Shown here one piece after another: positions 1 through 11,734 of a DNA stretch of 64,000 nucleotides (its first letter is position 1; the number at the start of each line of letters is the position of its first letter). Location: positions 840,780 through 904,779 of the forward strand of contig CAJINV010000002.1 in NCBI GenBank assembly GCA_905178155.1, read 5' to 3'. The stretch is from Amoebophrya sp. A120 (Eukaryota > Protista > Dinoflagellata). Below the pieces are notes generated by a model. It searched no databases, was not told the DNA's origin, and saw only the letters and a program-made list of their open reading frames with translations. The position numbers and the translations under genes were made by a program.

Positions 1-3000
1 ACACCATCCTTTGGTCGTAGGTTATTGGATGGGGATTCAACCCCGGTAATCCCGGATTGAACACGTGTCCCTCTTCATCGTGTTTCAACTCTGATGGTTT
101 TTTCTTCTTGAGTTTTCTCTCTCTTTTCATCGGGAGAGCTTGTTTAGTATCGGGTTCTAACAGTTGCTGTTGCTCCTCTGGCGCGTTATTTTCGTCTTCA
201 AAGTCATCGTCTTCCTCAATGTCGATTTCCGCATCATTACCCGCTGCTTCGCCCTCTCCTTCGATGTAATTATCTGGCGGACCAATATTTCTATCACCGT
301 ATGCAGCTGCTGCATCATCGTCGTCACCCCCTTCGATGAAGTCCTCTTCTTCTAAAACCGTGTCGTCCACTGCAGCGGACTCCCCTTCCCCCTCCAGCAC
401 AGCTGGCCCTGCTGTTGCAGTAGTAGTTCTCACAGGTAAAGCGACCCCGTTGATCTGGGGTAAATCCAAACCGTTTTGCTTCACGACGTTGTCGAAGAGG
501 AAAAGTTCTTGCTCCTGTTCGGGGAACGAAGCTTTTGTTTTGGATCGTTCATCGGGGACGACTGATGCGCCGTCGACAAAGTTCTGCTGTTGTTCTTCAC
601 CATCCTCATCTTGTTCCCCATTGTCCTCGTCGTCCTCAAAGGCTAAACGGTGGCGGTGCTTTTCCTTCTTGACTGGAACCTCCTCGTTTTTCACATCAGC
701 CTCTACCTTGTCAACCTCAATCACAACGTCGGCAGGCAGAACTTCCTCCAAGACCGGGGGTGAGCCGATCTCGTCAAGAGCAGCTTGCTGCTGTTCCTGC
801 ATAGAAGTTGTGGGCGCTGGTATGTCAACGGAATCTGCTACAATCTGCACAGCTTATCAAGTGTAAAAATGTCTGGGTCTGGAAGAATGCGCGATTTGTC
901 ATGCAGATTTTCCATATCCCATGAGGTCTGGAATGCAGGACTTAGCATGACAGATTCTGCGCGATCTCTCTCATGCCAATCCTGCATGAGAAACTCCCTT
1001 CCGACTTGGTCAAAACTGGACGACTTTTGGTAATCATGCAATACAGATTTTTGCATGCTTCAGATTTCGCATGACAAGTTGCATTCTTCCAGACCCAGAC
1101 ATTTTTACATTTGATACAGCTTGTTCAGCCACGACCTGGTCGTCCATCGGGGTGGCGAAAACCAAATTGTTTATCACAAGAAAAAAGTGTTACAGTTACA
1201 CATTGTGTTGCAGGTCAAGCAAGACAGGCAAGCTCTGTCATGCCGGATATGCATAGGAGCCTCGTTTAATAGGTGTTTTCCCGTACTAGGATTTCTGCAT
1301 TACAAGTTTTCTCTCTCATGCAGAGAAATTTGTGTTGCTGAATTCACTACAAATGTGTAACTGTAACACTTTTTTCGTGGGATATTGTTCCCAACAGACT
1401 TGCTATTAGCCGGCGTGACAAAGTCCGCCGCACTCGCCGTACTGTTGTTCTGTTGTTGCGACACGACCGACACTTCATTCGCGGTTACAGAGACCATGTC
1501 GCCAGCACTCGGGAGGCTCTGCGACTGGTTATTTGTTACAGTACCATCCACCGCGTCCGGGGACTCGACGAAGGAGGACTCATAAGGGTTGTCGTTGTTC
1601 GCAGGTGGGTAGAGGTCGGAGGGGTTTTTTGTGGAAGAAAAGAGGATTTTCTCCGGGGAGACACTGTCGATTACGATGGCGGGGTTGGTGTTGCTGTTTT
1701 CTTGTACAGGTAGTTCTTCGGGAGCTGGAGTTGGACCTGTAGGTTCCTCTACTTGTGCAGCCGTTTGCAGCGCACCTGCATCAGCTTCTGCTTCCGCAGC
1801 AGCAGCAACAGGTGGCGGCGCAACAGCATCTCCCTCCATAACCGCGCGTTCTTCTGCAGTCGGTTCTGGGACCTGCTCGGCTGGCGGTACAACTACATCT
1901 TCCGTTTCACCGGTGCCGCTCCTGGCGCTTTGCTTGCTTCCCTCTTTGGTGTCTTCTGCTGGCGGAAGTAGGGTTTGTTCTGCGGGCAGCTCGGTTGTTG
2001 CTGCGGCTTCATCAACAGCTCCAGTAAAAGTATCGTCTACAGCAGGGAGCGACAGTTCTTCTGCAGCAGGAGCTGCTGTTTCTGCTTCGCCGACAGCGGG
2101 AGCAGCGGGCTCTGGTTGTTCTGCGGTAACAGGTGGCTCTTCAAAAACTGGTGGCTCAGCTGCACCCTCCGTTCCACCCTCCGTCGGCGCATCAGCATCT
2201 GCAGCCTCCGCTCCTCCGTCTGTCGGAACAGCTGGAGTCTCTTCTGCCCCCTCAGCTTCCCCAGGTGCTGGTGCAGGATCTCCAGGGGCAGCGGTGGTGC
2301 TTTCAACAGCATCAGCAGGAGTGGCTGCAGTGTCCGCAGGTGGAACTTCTTTTGGGGCGTCTTCACTTTCTACGACGGCTTCTGTTGCCGCTGAAACTCC
2401 AGGCTCTTCTTCCACTATCTCCTCCTCCACGACCACATCATCCCCACCGGCAGCTTCACCCTCCGCTTCCAAAACCTGCGGTTGTTCATGTTGACCAACT
2501 GGCATGACAGCTGGTATGTCTTGCAATACGGATTGTTCAACAGGAGCGGAGTTGTCCGGCTCTACTGGAGCGGCGTCTGGGTGTGCCGCGACGTCTTCTG
2601 CTGTTGCAGCTACTGCTCCATCAGGTGGGGCTGGAACTACGGGTGGCTGTGGCTCTACTAGAGCCGTTTCATCTACTTCCTTCGCCGGAGCAGCAGAAGC
2701 TGTAGCGACTGCAGTTTCATCATCCAGAGGGACAACCACTTCATCTGCAGAAACTGCAACTGCGGGCGCAGCACCAGGTGTGTCAGTTTCTGCTGCTACT
2801 GGAAGTGGCTCCGCTACAACTTCGTCTTTATTTGCCGGAGCTGGAGCAGCAGGTGCACCGGCTTCTGGGTCAACACCCGATGGTGCGTCTGGTGTTGCGG
2901 TTGCTTGTTCCTGTGGTACTTCTTCCACCGGAGCAGCAACAACAGGATCTTCTGCACCAGCTGCGACACTTGTAGCTGCTGCTGGAACTTCTCCTGTACT

Positions 3001-5644
3001 AACAGGAGCTGGCTCAACTACACCTGGTGGCGCTGCAGCAGTGTCGCCACCGGTCTCTCCCGCAGCAACCGCTGCTGCTGCTTTCACTTTCTCCTGCCTC
3101 TCCCGTTCCTCCACCGCTGCTAATTCCCTTCTACTCTTCCGAAAAGCGTCCAATGCGGCGAATCTGGAGCTAGAAGAAGACACCTTCGATGCGCCGCCGA
3201 GGCTTTTGGTGTCGTCATCTTTGCTGTTCAGAGCACCTTTATCCGCCAGCAAATAATTCGCTTTCATCGGACTGGCACTATCCGGTGTCGGTTGCATGAA
3301 AAAGTTGTTCGCGTAGTTATCCGGAGTGGAGGCTGATTGTGTTTGTGCTAGAAGACTTTCGGTAGGAACAGCTACTACACCAGGGGAAGGGACTAGTACT
3401 GTTGGTTCCACGCCAGCACCAGCAGCTCCCGCTGTTTGCTTGGACTGCGCACCACCAGCACTGGGCGACGCGGTTTTGCTATCCGCCTTCACCTATCAAA
3501 TGTAAAAATGTCTGGGTCTGGAAGAGCGCACGACTTGTCACGCAGCTTGTCCATGACCCATGAGGTCTGGAATGCAGGACCTAGCGCGACAGATTCTGCG
3601 CGATCTCTCTCGTGGATGCCTATCCTGCATGAGAAACTCCCTCCCGACTTGGTCAAAACTGGACGACTTATGGTAATCATGCAACACAGATTTTTGGATG
3701 CTTCAGATTTAGCATCACAAGTTCCAACCTTCCAGATCCAGACATTTTTACATTTGATATCACCAATTTCATCGCAGCTTGCCACCGCCTTTGACCGGCG
3801 GTTCCTGTTGTCCCGGCTCTTGTTGATTTGGCCAAGACTTTCTGCCACGAAGCGGGCAATTTCTTCTGGTTCTCGTCTAGTTGTGGTTGCTTCTGAGATG
3901 TGTTCGCATCCGCAGCTGGTGGCTGCTCCGTTACAGCAGGACCGGCAGGAGGATCTTCTGGACCACCAGTCACAGTTTCTTCTTCCACTGCTCCTTGTTC
4001 ATCCATCGCCTTTTCTCCAGCACCAGCATCCGCTCCTTCTTTAAACACACTGTCTTTCGACGGCAAGACCTTCTTGCTTTGCGCTGGAGATGTTGTTGAA
4101 GGCGGCTTCATCTGCTCTGCCGACCCGGCAGTTCCTGCGGGAGCAGCTCCTGGTGCGGGAGTTGGTGTAGTGCCTGGACTTGTCGCGCCATCCACACCAG
4201 TTTTCGCCCCTGCTTTATTATTACTCTTCTCACCAGCAGTTGCACTTTTCTTCGATTTGCTACTGCTCTTCGACTTCCCGCTCCTACCACTAACCCCCGA
4301 TTTGTTTCCCACCGTCGACGCCGCGTAAACATCGATCTCCTCAAAATGATGCACCTCCTTCAACAGTTCGTTCTCGTGTACCGTGTCCACGTGTTTGAAA
4401 TGATCAGACACGTAGTTCTGCTGCATCCCGCCGCCATCAAATGCCATCGAAGCTAATCCCCCAGTCCCGTAACTCTTCGGTTTTTCCTCCGCACTGAACC
4501 CTTTCGGATCGACGAGTTTGAGCTTTTTCAACTTCTTCTCAAACTTCCGCCTCTTCTCCGGATCCATGTTCGCGAACTGATTTTCAAACGTCGGTAACTC
4601 ATTTCCCACCATTTTCGACAACAAATGTCGATCTAAATGGTGCTCCGCGCCGGCGGTTAGGGTTGAAACATCCCCGGATTTTTTCACGAACGGGTCGTTT
4701 GTGGAAAGCGGATGAGTTTGGTAGTAGTTTGCGTAGGAGTATGCATTGCAAAAGCATTTTGCACTAGTATAAACCGCATGACAAATTTTCTTTAAAAACA
4801 AAACAGAAGTTTTTGTCATGCTGAAAAACCTAAAGACAGACATCTGTCATGCATGATTGCAATTAGTACGAGTGCGATACAACTTTTGCAGAGCATAAGG
4901 AGACCTGCTCGTGTTCGATCTCCTGCTTGGATTTTTGCTTCTGAGGAACGACAGGTTGATTTTGTGGAGCTTGTTGCTGTCCCGCTGATGATTCCCCACC
5001 GGCGGAGGAGGTTGCAAGTGGTTTTTCCCCCGGTAACATCATCTTCTCCGGGCCGATCTGCTCAATACCTTCGAAATGGTTTGCAACATTCATCCCCGCT
5101 GGGTCGTGCGCTAAGCTCGCTAAGCTGTTTTTTTTCACTTTCGAATATCCATCGCAAAAGCATCGCACTCGTAGTACTGAATCGTAGTCACGCATGATAG
5201 ATCTACTTTTCTACCTCATTTAGCATGACAAACTGCACTTTTGTTTGATCTGGACAAAATTTGTAATGCAATTTTTACTAAAACTAAATGCGATTCCTTT
5301 GCAATGCATACCGGACTGACGTCGACTAACTTCACCTTCGATTTTTTCGGCTTTTTCTCCTTGCCGGTGTAAACGTTGGAGAAGTCGTTTTTGAAATCCG
5401 GTAGTTCGTTTCCGATTAATTGCGACACCATGTCCCTTTCAATGTGTCCCTCCGCGCCGGCCGTGGTGTAACCCGCGGGGTGGGCTTTGATCGCATTTTG
5501 CACCGCCAGGTCGGGTTCTTCGGGTTTGTAGAGGTTGGAGGCAGTCGTCGAGGCTGCGCCCTTTGAACGATGAAACACCTCGATCGGGCGGAGGGTGGAG
5601 GGGTCGGGCGCACCCGGGAACTCGGGCGGCTGCTGGTCGGACAT
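1..5644 (-). CDS. Large Ala/Glu/Pro-rich hypothetical protein, 6 exons, runs off the left edge of the window
   Basis: ORFs 5216-5644, 4863-5195, 3677-4843, 1300-3492 and the frame below 854 join in frame after removing 5 TIR elements plus one TSD each (e.g. ...KLV|KADSK..., ...SVGN|NLVFATP..., ...AEQA|VQIVADS...). Confidence 0.8.
855..1116. mobile_element. Introner family A (TIR TATCAAATGTAAAAATGTCTGGGTCTGGAAG)
   Basis: ~35-bp TIRs, exact 5-bp direct repeat CAGCT, frame restored on removal. Confidence 0.9.
1172..1384. mobile_element. Introner family B (TIR TATCxCxxGAAAAAAGTGTTACAGTTACACATT)
   Basis: TIRs, direct repeat TTGTT; sister copy at 52069. Confidence 0.9.
3494..3759. mobile_element. 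Introner family A
   Basis: TIRs, direct repeat TCACC. Confidence 0.9.
4740..4897. mobile_element. Introner family C (TIR TATxxxxTGCAAAAGTATCGTACTCGTA)
   Basis: TIRs, direct repeat AGGAG. Confidence 0.85.
5146..5310. mobile_element. Introner family C, degenerate direct repeat
   Basis: TIRs; flanks TCGAA/CCGGA; frame restored. Confidence 0.75.
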
Positions 5645-8130
5645 TTTGATGGCGATCTTGATGTCAGTCTGTCCTCGTCATCTCATAGAAGTCTCAATCC
5701 TCCGGCTTCAGGGTCCATCTTTCCGGTGCGGAGATTGAGTGCCGAATTCATTTCCTCAATCAGAGAGCGTGCGACTCACTGTGACTGAGACAATCCCATC
5801 AGTACAAAACAACCTTCGGAGCAGCTTTTTTGTCCCTCCCCCTCGTCATGCACAGCCACGCTCTTCAGCAGTGCTCAATCATGTCGCTGTGGTGACAAGC
5901 AAGTGTAAGTGAAACCGTGTAGCACCATACTTTACACTCTACTGCTTCACACTGCGGCTCGGCAGCCAAAAGCAAGAACAACTCGTCGGGCGCCGTGAGA
6001 AAGCGCCCAACGCTGACAGACCGACGCGTGACTGCGAAGGCAATCCCCTCTCCTTTCACGATTTAAGACACACACTCTCGGTGACGCCGGCCTGCAAACT
6101 AACACCGCCCGGGAAGAGCGGGGCACGGGGCCAGAGGCCGGCTGCGTCACAGGATACTGCCAAGACATTTCATGCACAGGGCAAAGTCTGTCATTCGTGA
6201 TTCCCAAAGCGACGGACCCCATCCGGCTGCGAAATACGGGCAGCGCTTACAGGGCGGGCGCGCCATGCGCGGCAATGGGCAACGGGCCAACGCCCCACAT
6301 GTTTGAAGTAATGCCCCCGCGTCACTAGGCACCACGCCCATCCATCGCGCTGCCAAAAGGCCCCCCGCGAATGGGGCCAGCAACACGGGAACAGGCCTAG
6401 TACCAAGAGCGGACCGGAGCAGGCACGCCAAACAACCATGCGCGCGCGGCGGCTGCGGGGTCCTCTCGGACATACCGCGCAAGGCCGCCCACGCAGATGC
6501 AGGGCCGCGAGGGATCAAAAACCCCACCGCCGCCGCAGAGGGGCCCGCGCGCGCCCCGGGGCGGCCGGGGCACGCAAGCACTCGAAGGGCAGCGGCAGGC
6601 CCACCGAAGAACCAGCCGCCGCCAATGAATCAAGGGGGCCACCCAGCACACGAAGGGGCGGACACAGGCAACGGCTGGCGTGACGCTTGGCGGAGTCGTT
6701 GGCGCGCCCCATCATGAATGTCGCTGGCCCCGGCGCCTGGCCTGGGAGGATGGCGATTCTACTGGCGGCCGCCCAGTCACTCAGACGCGCGGGCGCGGCC
6801 GGCCGCGCGGCTCCCTGGCTGAGGGAGGCGGCCTGCCCGTCCTGTGCGTCTTGACGGAAGAAGACGGGTCGCCCCATGCATCCATCGCGCCCCACGGCTG
6901 GCTCAGCCCTCTGTCTACGCGTCGGGGCGCGGTGCCTCTCTTTGCTTGCTACATCACAGGTGAGCATCTTGCTTGTTGACATTGCCGTTGTGAAAACTAG
7001 GTAAACACACGTATCTTCGCCACGCACATGTCATCTCTCACTGTTCCCTCACCTTTCATGCCCATGCTTCATCTCGTCGTGCTGCGCCAATACGTGTGAC
7101 AACTCTAATATCTCCTTTTCCTTCTCTCTCTTTCACGGACAACAGCTGTCATTCGGTAGTAATGCTGCCTAGAACAGCAAGGAGGAGAAGAGCGCAACCA
7201 CAACTCAACACTCAGACCCACTCTTGGTTAGTAAAAATGGATAAGGTGGCCTCGCCTCTTGGTCGTCGTGCAGTTCGCTGCAATTCAGAGCAAGCTGCGA
7301 TACAGCATTCTTCTACGAGCTCCGGTAATGCAACAACAAGAGCTAGGCTTTTATAATAAGTTGATGGCGCTAGTTTCAGTTGCGCTCCCGGACTTCACCA
7401 GGCAAACCGCCGGCCCAGGGCCGCGAGCGCTGGCGCCCGCACCAGGTGCGATGGCCGGCAGCACGGGAGCAGGCAGCACACCCGCCAAACCACTACCGCG
7501 GGGCAGCTTCACGCACGACCCTGCCCGACGGCCACGTTCGTAGGTAACGGGCAGGCGCCCAGCGAAGGAGGACACGCAGGCATGAGGGCCAGCGCGGCCC
7601 CTATGCAGGCATGCATACGAAAGCCCTAAGCCGAAACGGGCAGCCACCTGGCCCGCCCCTTCGTTCGGATATTCGCGGCGGCGCGCCGCGCGGCGCCCCC
7701 GAAAGAAGCGCCGGCGCTTCCTGGGCTCGATGCCCCGGCCGGTCCCGCCTAACCAACTAGCAGGAGGGCAGGCGGGGGCGGCCGGCGCTGCCGCGACGGG
7801 CCAGGCCGCCCGGCCTTGTTTCGTCCAAAGATGGGAAATAAAACGGAAAGGGGCCGACACGCGCGACAACTTTGCCGAATGTGATGCGCCCGCTCGGTCG
7901 GATTCAGCAGTTTGTGGAACGTCTCGCCCCCTGCCCCGAAGGTTGTGCCACCAGCGTCATCAGCTCGCTGAGCGCCCGCGGCCTGCTGCGCCAAAATCGC
8001 GCCAACCAACTCGGAGAGAACACGCGCTGCCCCATCCACTAGGCCACCGAAAACGGGGGCCATAAATTTCACGCACCATCGCACACATAGCCTATATTAT
8101 TTGCGAAACAAAGCGCCGCGCTTTTACTTC

Positions 8131-9344
8131 TCACTCCTACAAGACCCGCGCCTCTCTGTCTGTTTCCACGCGGACTTCTACACTCCAAAACCCCTCGCTG
8201 CACTCTCAATACACATAAACGTCGGTGTTCAAATCTCAATGCACTCTCCCTTTTTCTGGCGCCGGCTGAAGCAACAGAAACAAAATGGCCCACAGCAATA
8301 TGAGTAGACGCCTCCTAATGCCGAAGACGTATGACCGTTAGGCGTTTTGTGCAGCGGCCGGCAACCTGCGCTAAAGTAGCATTCTATTCCGAACTTCGTT
8401 TGAAGCCGCGCAGGAGCCAATCTTGTTTTATTCGTCTGACTAACCCGGGCCCGCCAGACCAGGTCGATGGCCCATGGCCGCGAACGCCGGTGGCCGCGCC
8501 CCACCACCGAGGGCAGACAGGCAACACGATTGCCAAAAGCCTTCACTGGGGCGGCCACACCCATCTTACACAGCGCACCAGCCACGAAGCAGGCGCCGGG
8601 CACCTGGCGCCGGGTGTGCTGGTGGCGGCGTGCGTTGCACCGGCCAACGGGCCAAGGAAGCGACAGGCGGCGCCGGCAGCCAGCGGGGCCGCCCGGCGCG
8701 GGCCTATGTGGCACCGCAGCCCCCTGGTGGCGGGCGGGGGGCGAGCCGAGGGGCGGCGCGGGTGCGGCCGGCTCGGCCGCAGAACATTGACAACAGGCAA
8801 ACGGGCCGCGCTACTTGTTTCGTCCGAAGACGACGCGGGTCCTACCGAAACCTTCCCCGCCGCCGGTCGCCTTGGGCGTTTTTTTAGAAAGAAGATCCGG
8901 AATCTGGCCGAGACCGCTCCCGGCCCCCTCGCTCACTCTGTCACACCGGGCGGCGTGGTCCTTTATCCTCCAGGGCAACTTTCCCAGCGAGCTCCTAGCT
9001 GGCTGCGCCAGTAGTTCGGCCAGCTCGGCGAGAAAAGCAAGCGGCGCCCGTTCTCCTGGTCCAGAGGCGGAAGCCAGAAACAAAGAGATGACTACGTGTG
9101 CATTATTTCTGAAACAACATGAGCATCAGCATCACGTCATAATATCATAACTCTGCTACAAGACCCATACACTTCTCTCTCTTCCCATACGCACCCCTAC
9201 ACGCCAAAGTCCCTCGCTGCCCTCTCAGTACCTTCCATCACGCTCTCTCCAACTCACGTGACAAGATTTTAAACCTCAAAAATGCACTCTTCTTCAGTAG
9301 AAGTGACTGGTAGTGCTGCCGCCGGGTGCTGAAGCAGCAGAAAC
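8131..9344. repeat. Degenerate direct repeats (~8131-8281 and ~9151-9344) inside a GC-rich non-genic block
   Basis: Shared blocks TACAAGACCC...CTACACxCCAAA...CCCTCGCTGC...AATGCACTCT...CTGAAGCAxCAGAAAC about 1 kb apart. Confidence 0.55.
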
Positions 9345-9555
9345 GAGACAATAGCCACCGAGAACAAACACGTATCGCTGGCCTCGAGGAGGTCCGCGAA
9401 ATCGGCAACAGGGTCTCAATCTACTTTGCCTGATCATTAATTCTACTTGCGTGTCTGTCTTACTCGGCGCTAGCGAAGTTACAGCAACTTCGGGTTGGAG
9501 TTCGTGTAAGAAGTGCTGTATGAACAGCAAGTGCGAATTCCTCTTCCGTATTCTG

Positions 9556-11177
9556 TCAATTATCTCTATCATCCCTGACTTCGTCGGGTACGTTCATTTT
9601 CCCCTGGTCCGCCCCTAAAGCGGCCAGCACGATACACAACAAAATCGCCAGTGTGATGAACGTATGAACTGCAAAACTATCGCACTCGTATAAATCAATG
9701 CATGACAAATTCCCTCAGCGCGAATAAAAATAAAAATTGTAATGCGGATTTTGTAATGCATGATCGCAATACGAGTACGATACTTTTGCAGACGATAGAA
9801 CGCACACAGCATCTGCACGCACTTATCACTCGCCGCTCCCCGCATCAACCCGCTTACCACATGTCTCGTCCGCTGGAGTGTGTTCTATCAAATGTAAAAA
9901 CGTCTGGGTCTGGAAGAGTTGGAACTTGTCATGCGAATTCTGGAATACGAATAGGCAGAAATTTGTATTGCATAAGCGCCAAAAGCTTCCCATTTGTTGC
10001 TATGCAAATAGGGAATTTCTCATGCGGAATAGACATCAGGAGGCCTGCGCAAAACCTGTAATGCTTCTGCGTGCATTAGAGACCAGCTGCGTGATGGTGA
10101 TCCAGAAGATGCATGACAAACTCCTGCAACCTTCCAGACCCAGACATTTTTGCATTTGATATGTTCTGCACGTCGTCCATCTCCTGCATCGTCCTTCCCA
10201 TCCGCTCCTCGTGTGCGTGCATCGTTTGTAACGACCTAGTCCCGATCTGCTCCGCGTCTGCGGCCATCCGGAGAATCCGCTTGAGCGACTCCTCTGTTCT
10301 GTCCTGCAATTTATCCCCCAGTTGTATCGCACGGTTGGATTGCTGTTGCAGCTGAAACTGGCTTGATCCTGCGCTGTTCATCTGCGGGTTTTCCGGATCA
10401 AATTCCGCCCTGACATCGTCTAACCTCCGCTGGTCGACTTGTTCCATGTTTTCGTATTTTCCGAGCAGGTTTTTCGATTTCTGCTGGTTCGTGGAGCGTT
10501 GGATCTCCTTTTTCCGGAACTCCAGCTCCGTTTGTTGCTTCTTCAGCTCGGAACGGAAGTCGGAGAGGGTCTGGATTTGTCGTTGTATTGGGGTTTTGCA
10601 TTACAGAAGTACGACTCTATCTCTAATCGTGTCCTGCATGACAAAAACCTAACAAGCTGCTGCTATGCATGACAAACAACACCTCAGAAAATACCTGTTC
10701 ATACCCGCCCCGAATGACCTCATCCTTGCAGGCGCGGAGCTCCAGCTGCAACGCTTCCAGCAAGTTACGAATATGATGTGCAAAAGCATTGTACCACTCG
10801 TAGCATTGGCGGTACTGCATGACAGATCGACTTCCGTATGCTAATCAGCATGACAATCTCGTCCACTTATTTCCATGCTAGTAGGCGTCAAACTTGCAAT
10901 GCAGTTCCCACTACTAGTAAGTACGATGCTTTTGCGATGCATAACGACACCTCGACACCAGCTGATTACACACGCGAATTTGCGCGGCGGCTTGTCGCGA
11001 CTTTTCCTGTTCCACGTTAGGGTTTTTTGAGGAGGAGCTGGAGCTCGAACTCCCGAAGAGACCACCGCCGCCGCTAGGTCCTTGTCCCTGCAACTGCTGG
11101 ATCGCTTTTTTCAAATCCTCCAGTGCGTCTTTTATCCCCTGCTCCTGGTTTTGCAGGGCTAATTTGGAGATCGACAT
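9556..11177 (-). CDS. Qb-SNARE, NPSN/Vti1-like, tail-anchored
   Basis: Spliced product has a helical N-terminus, a SNARE heptad (QDRTEESLKRILRMAADAEQIGTRSLQTMHAHEERMGRTMQEMDDVQN|TLQRTRHVV), an ASDKC motif resembling NPSN ATDKC, then a TM segment (MLCAF|ITLAILLCIVLAAL). Four introns; the one at ~10586-10692 is degenerate. Confidence 0.8.
9663..9797. mobile_element. Introner family C
   Basis: TIRs, direct repeat GAACG; interrupts the SNARE TM helix. Confidence 0.88.
9886..10161. mobile_element. Introner family A
   Basis: TIRs, direct repeat TGTTC. Confidence 0.9.
10772..10943. mobile_element. Introner family C
   Basis: TIRs, flanks ACGAA/ACGAC. Confidence 0.8.
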
Positions 11178-11734
11178 GGCGGTTTTGTGTTGCCGATGAA
11201 ATCGGTTCCGCAGTTGCAGCCTTTCTGCTGATTGAAGGGCAGAAGTGCGATGCTGGGTTGTGCGAAAATGTGGTGCAAGAGATGTTGCAATTTTGGTGTC
11301 GTCCCGCCGCCAACAAAATGGTCATGTATCCTTGGTACTTTGCTTCGCGTAGAAAAAGAACTAGATTTATGACGTTTCTACTAGTACGTGCTTAATATGC
11401 GGGAGGAGCGCTATTCGATCTTGTCCTGTACATCGGAGGCGGATCAACAATAACGCAATGGAGATCTTCCAGCCGCGTCACATCAACGATCATTCCATTT
11501 CGATTGTTTCATCAAAACCAGTGGGCCGGCACGAACAATTTTTGAAGACGACCTGGACATCTGAACACCAAGCAGAATCATGACGAGATCATGCGGGAGG
11601 AGCATCTCAGATGCGCTATCTACTAGCCTCAAACGAGAGCAGGCTTGAGCGCATCTATAAGCGTTTACTCTTCAACTTCTTGGAAACAGAAACTCAGAAA
11701 CGGAAACATTCGCGTCGAAAACGTGCTCTGAACG

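Noticed and set aside
336-4328. Long plus-strand Ser/Ala/Gly-rich ORFs
   Set aside because: Antisense shadows of the minus-strand low-complexity gene.
6147-9150. Many overlapping Arg/Pro/Ala-rich ORFs
   Set aside because: Expected by chance in high-GC DNA; no recognisable domain or consistent frame.
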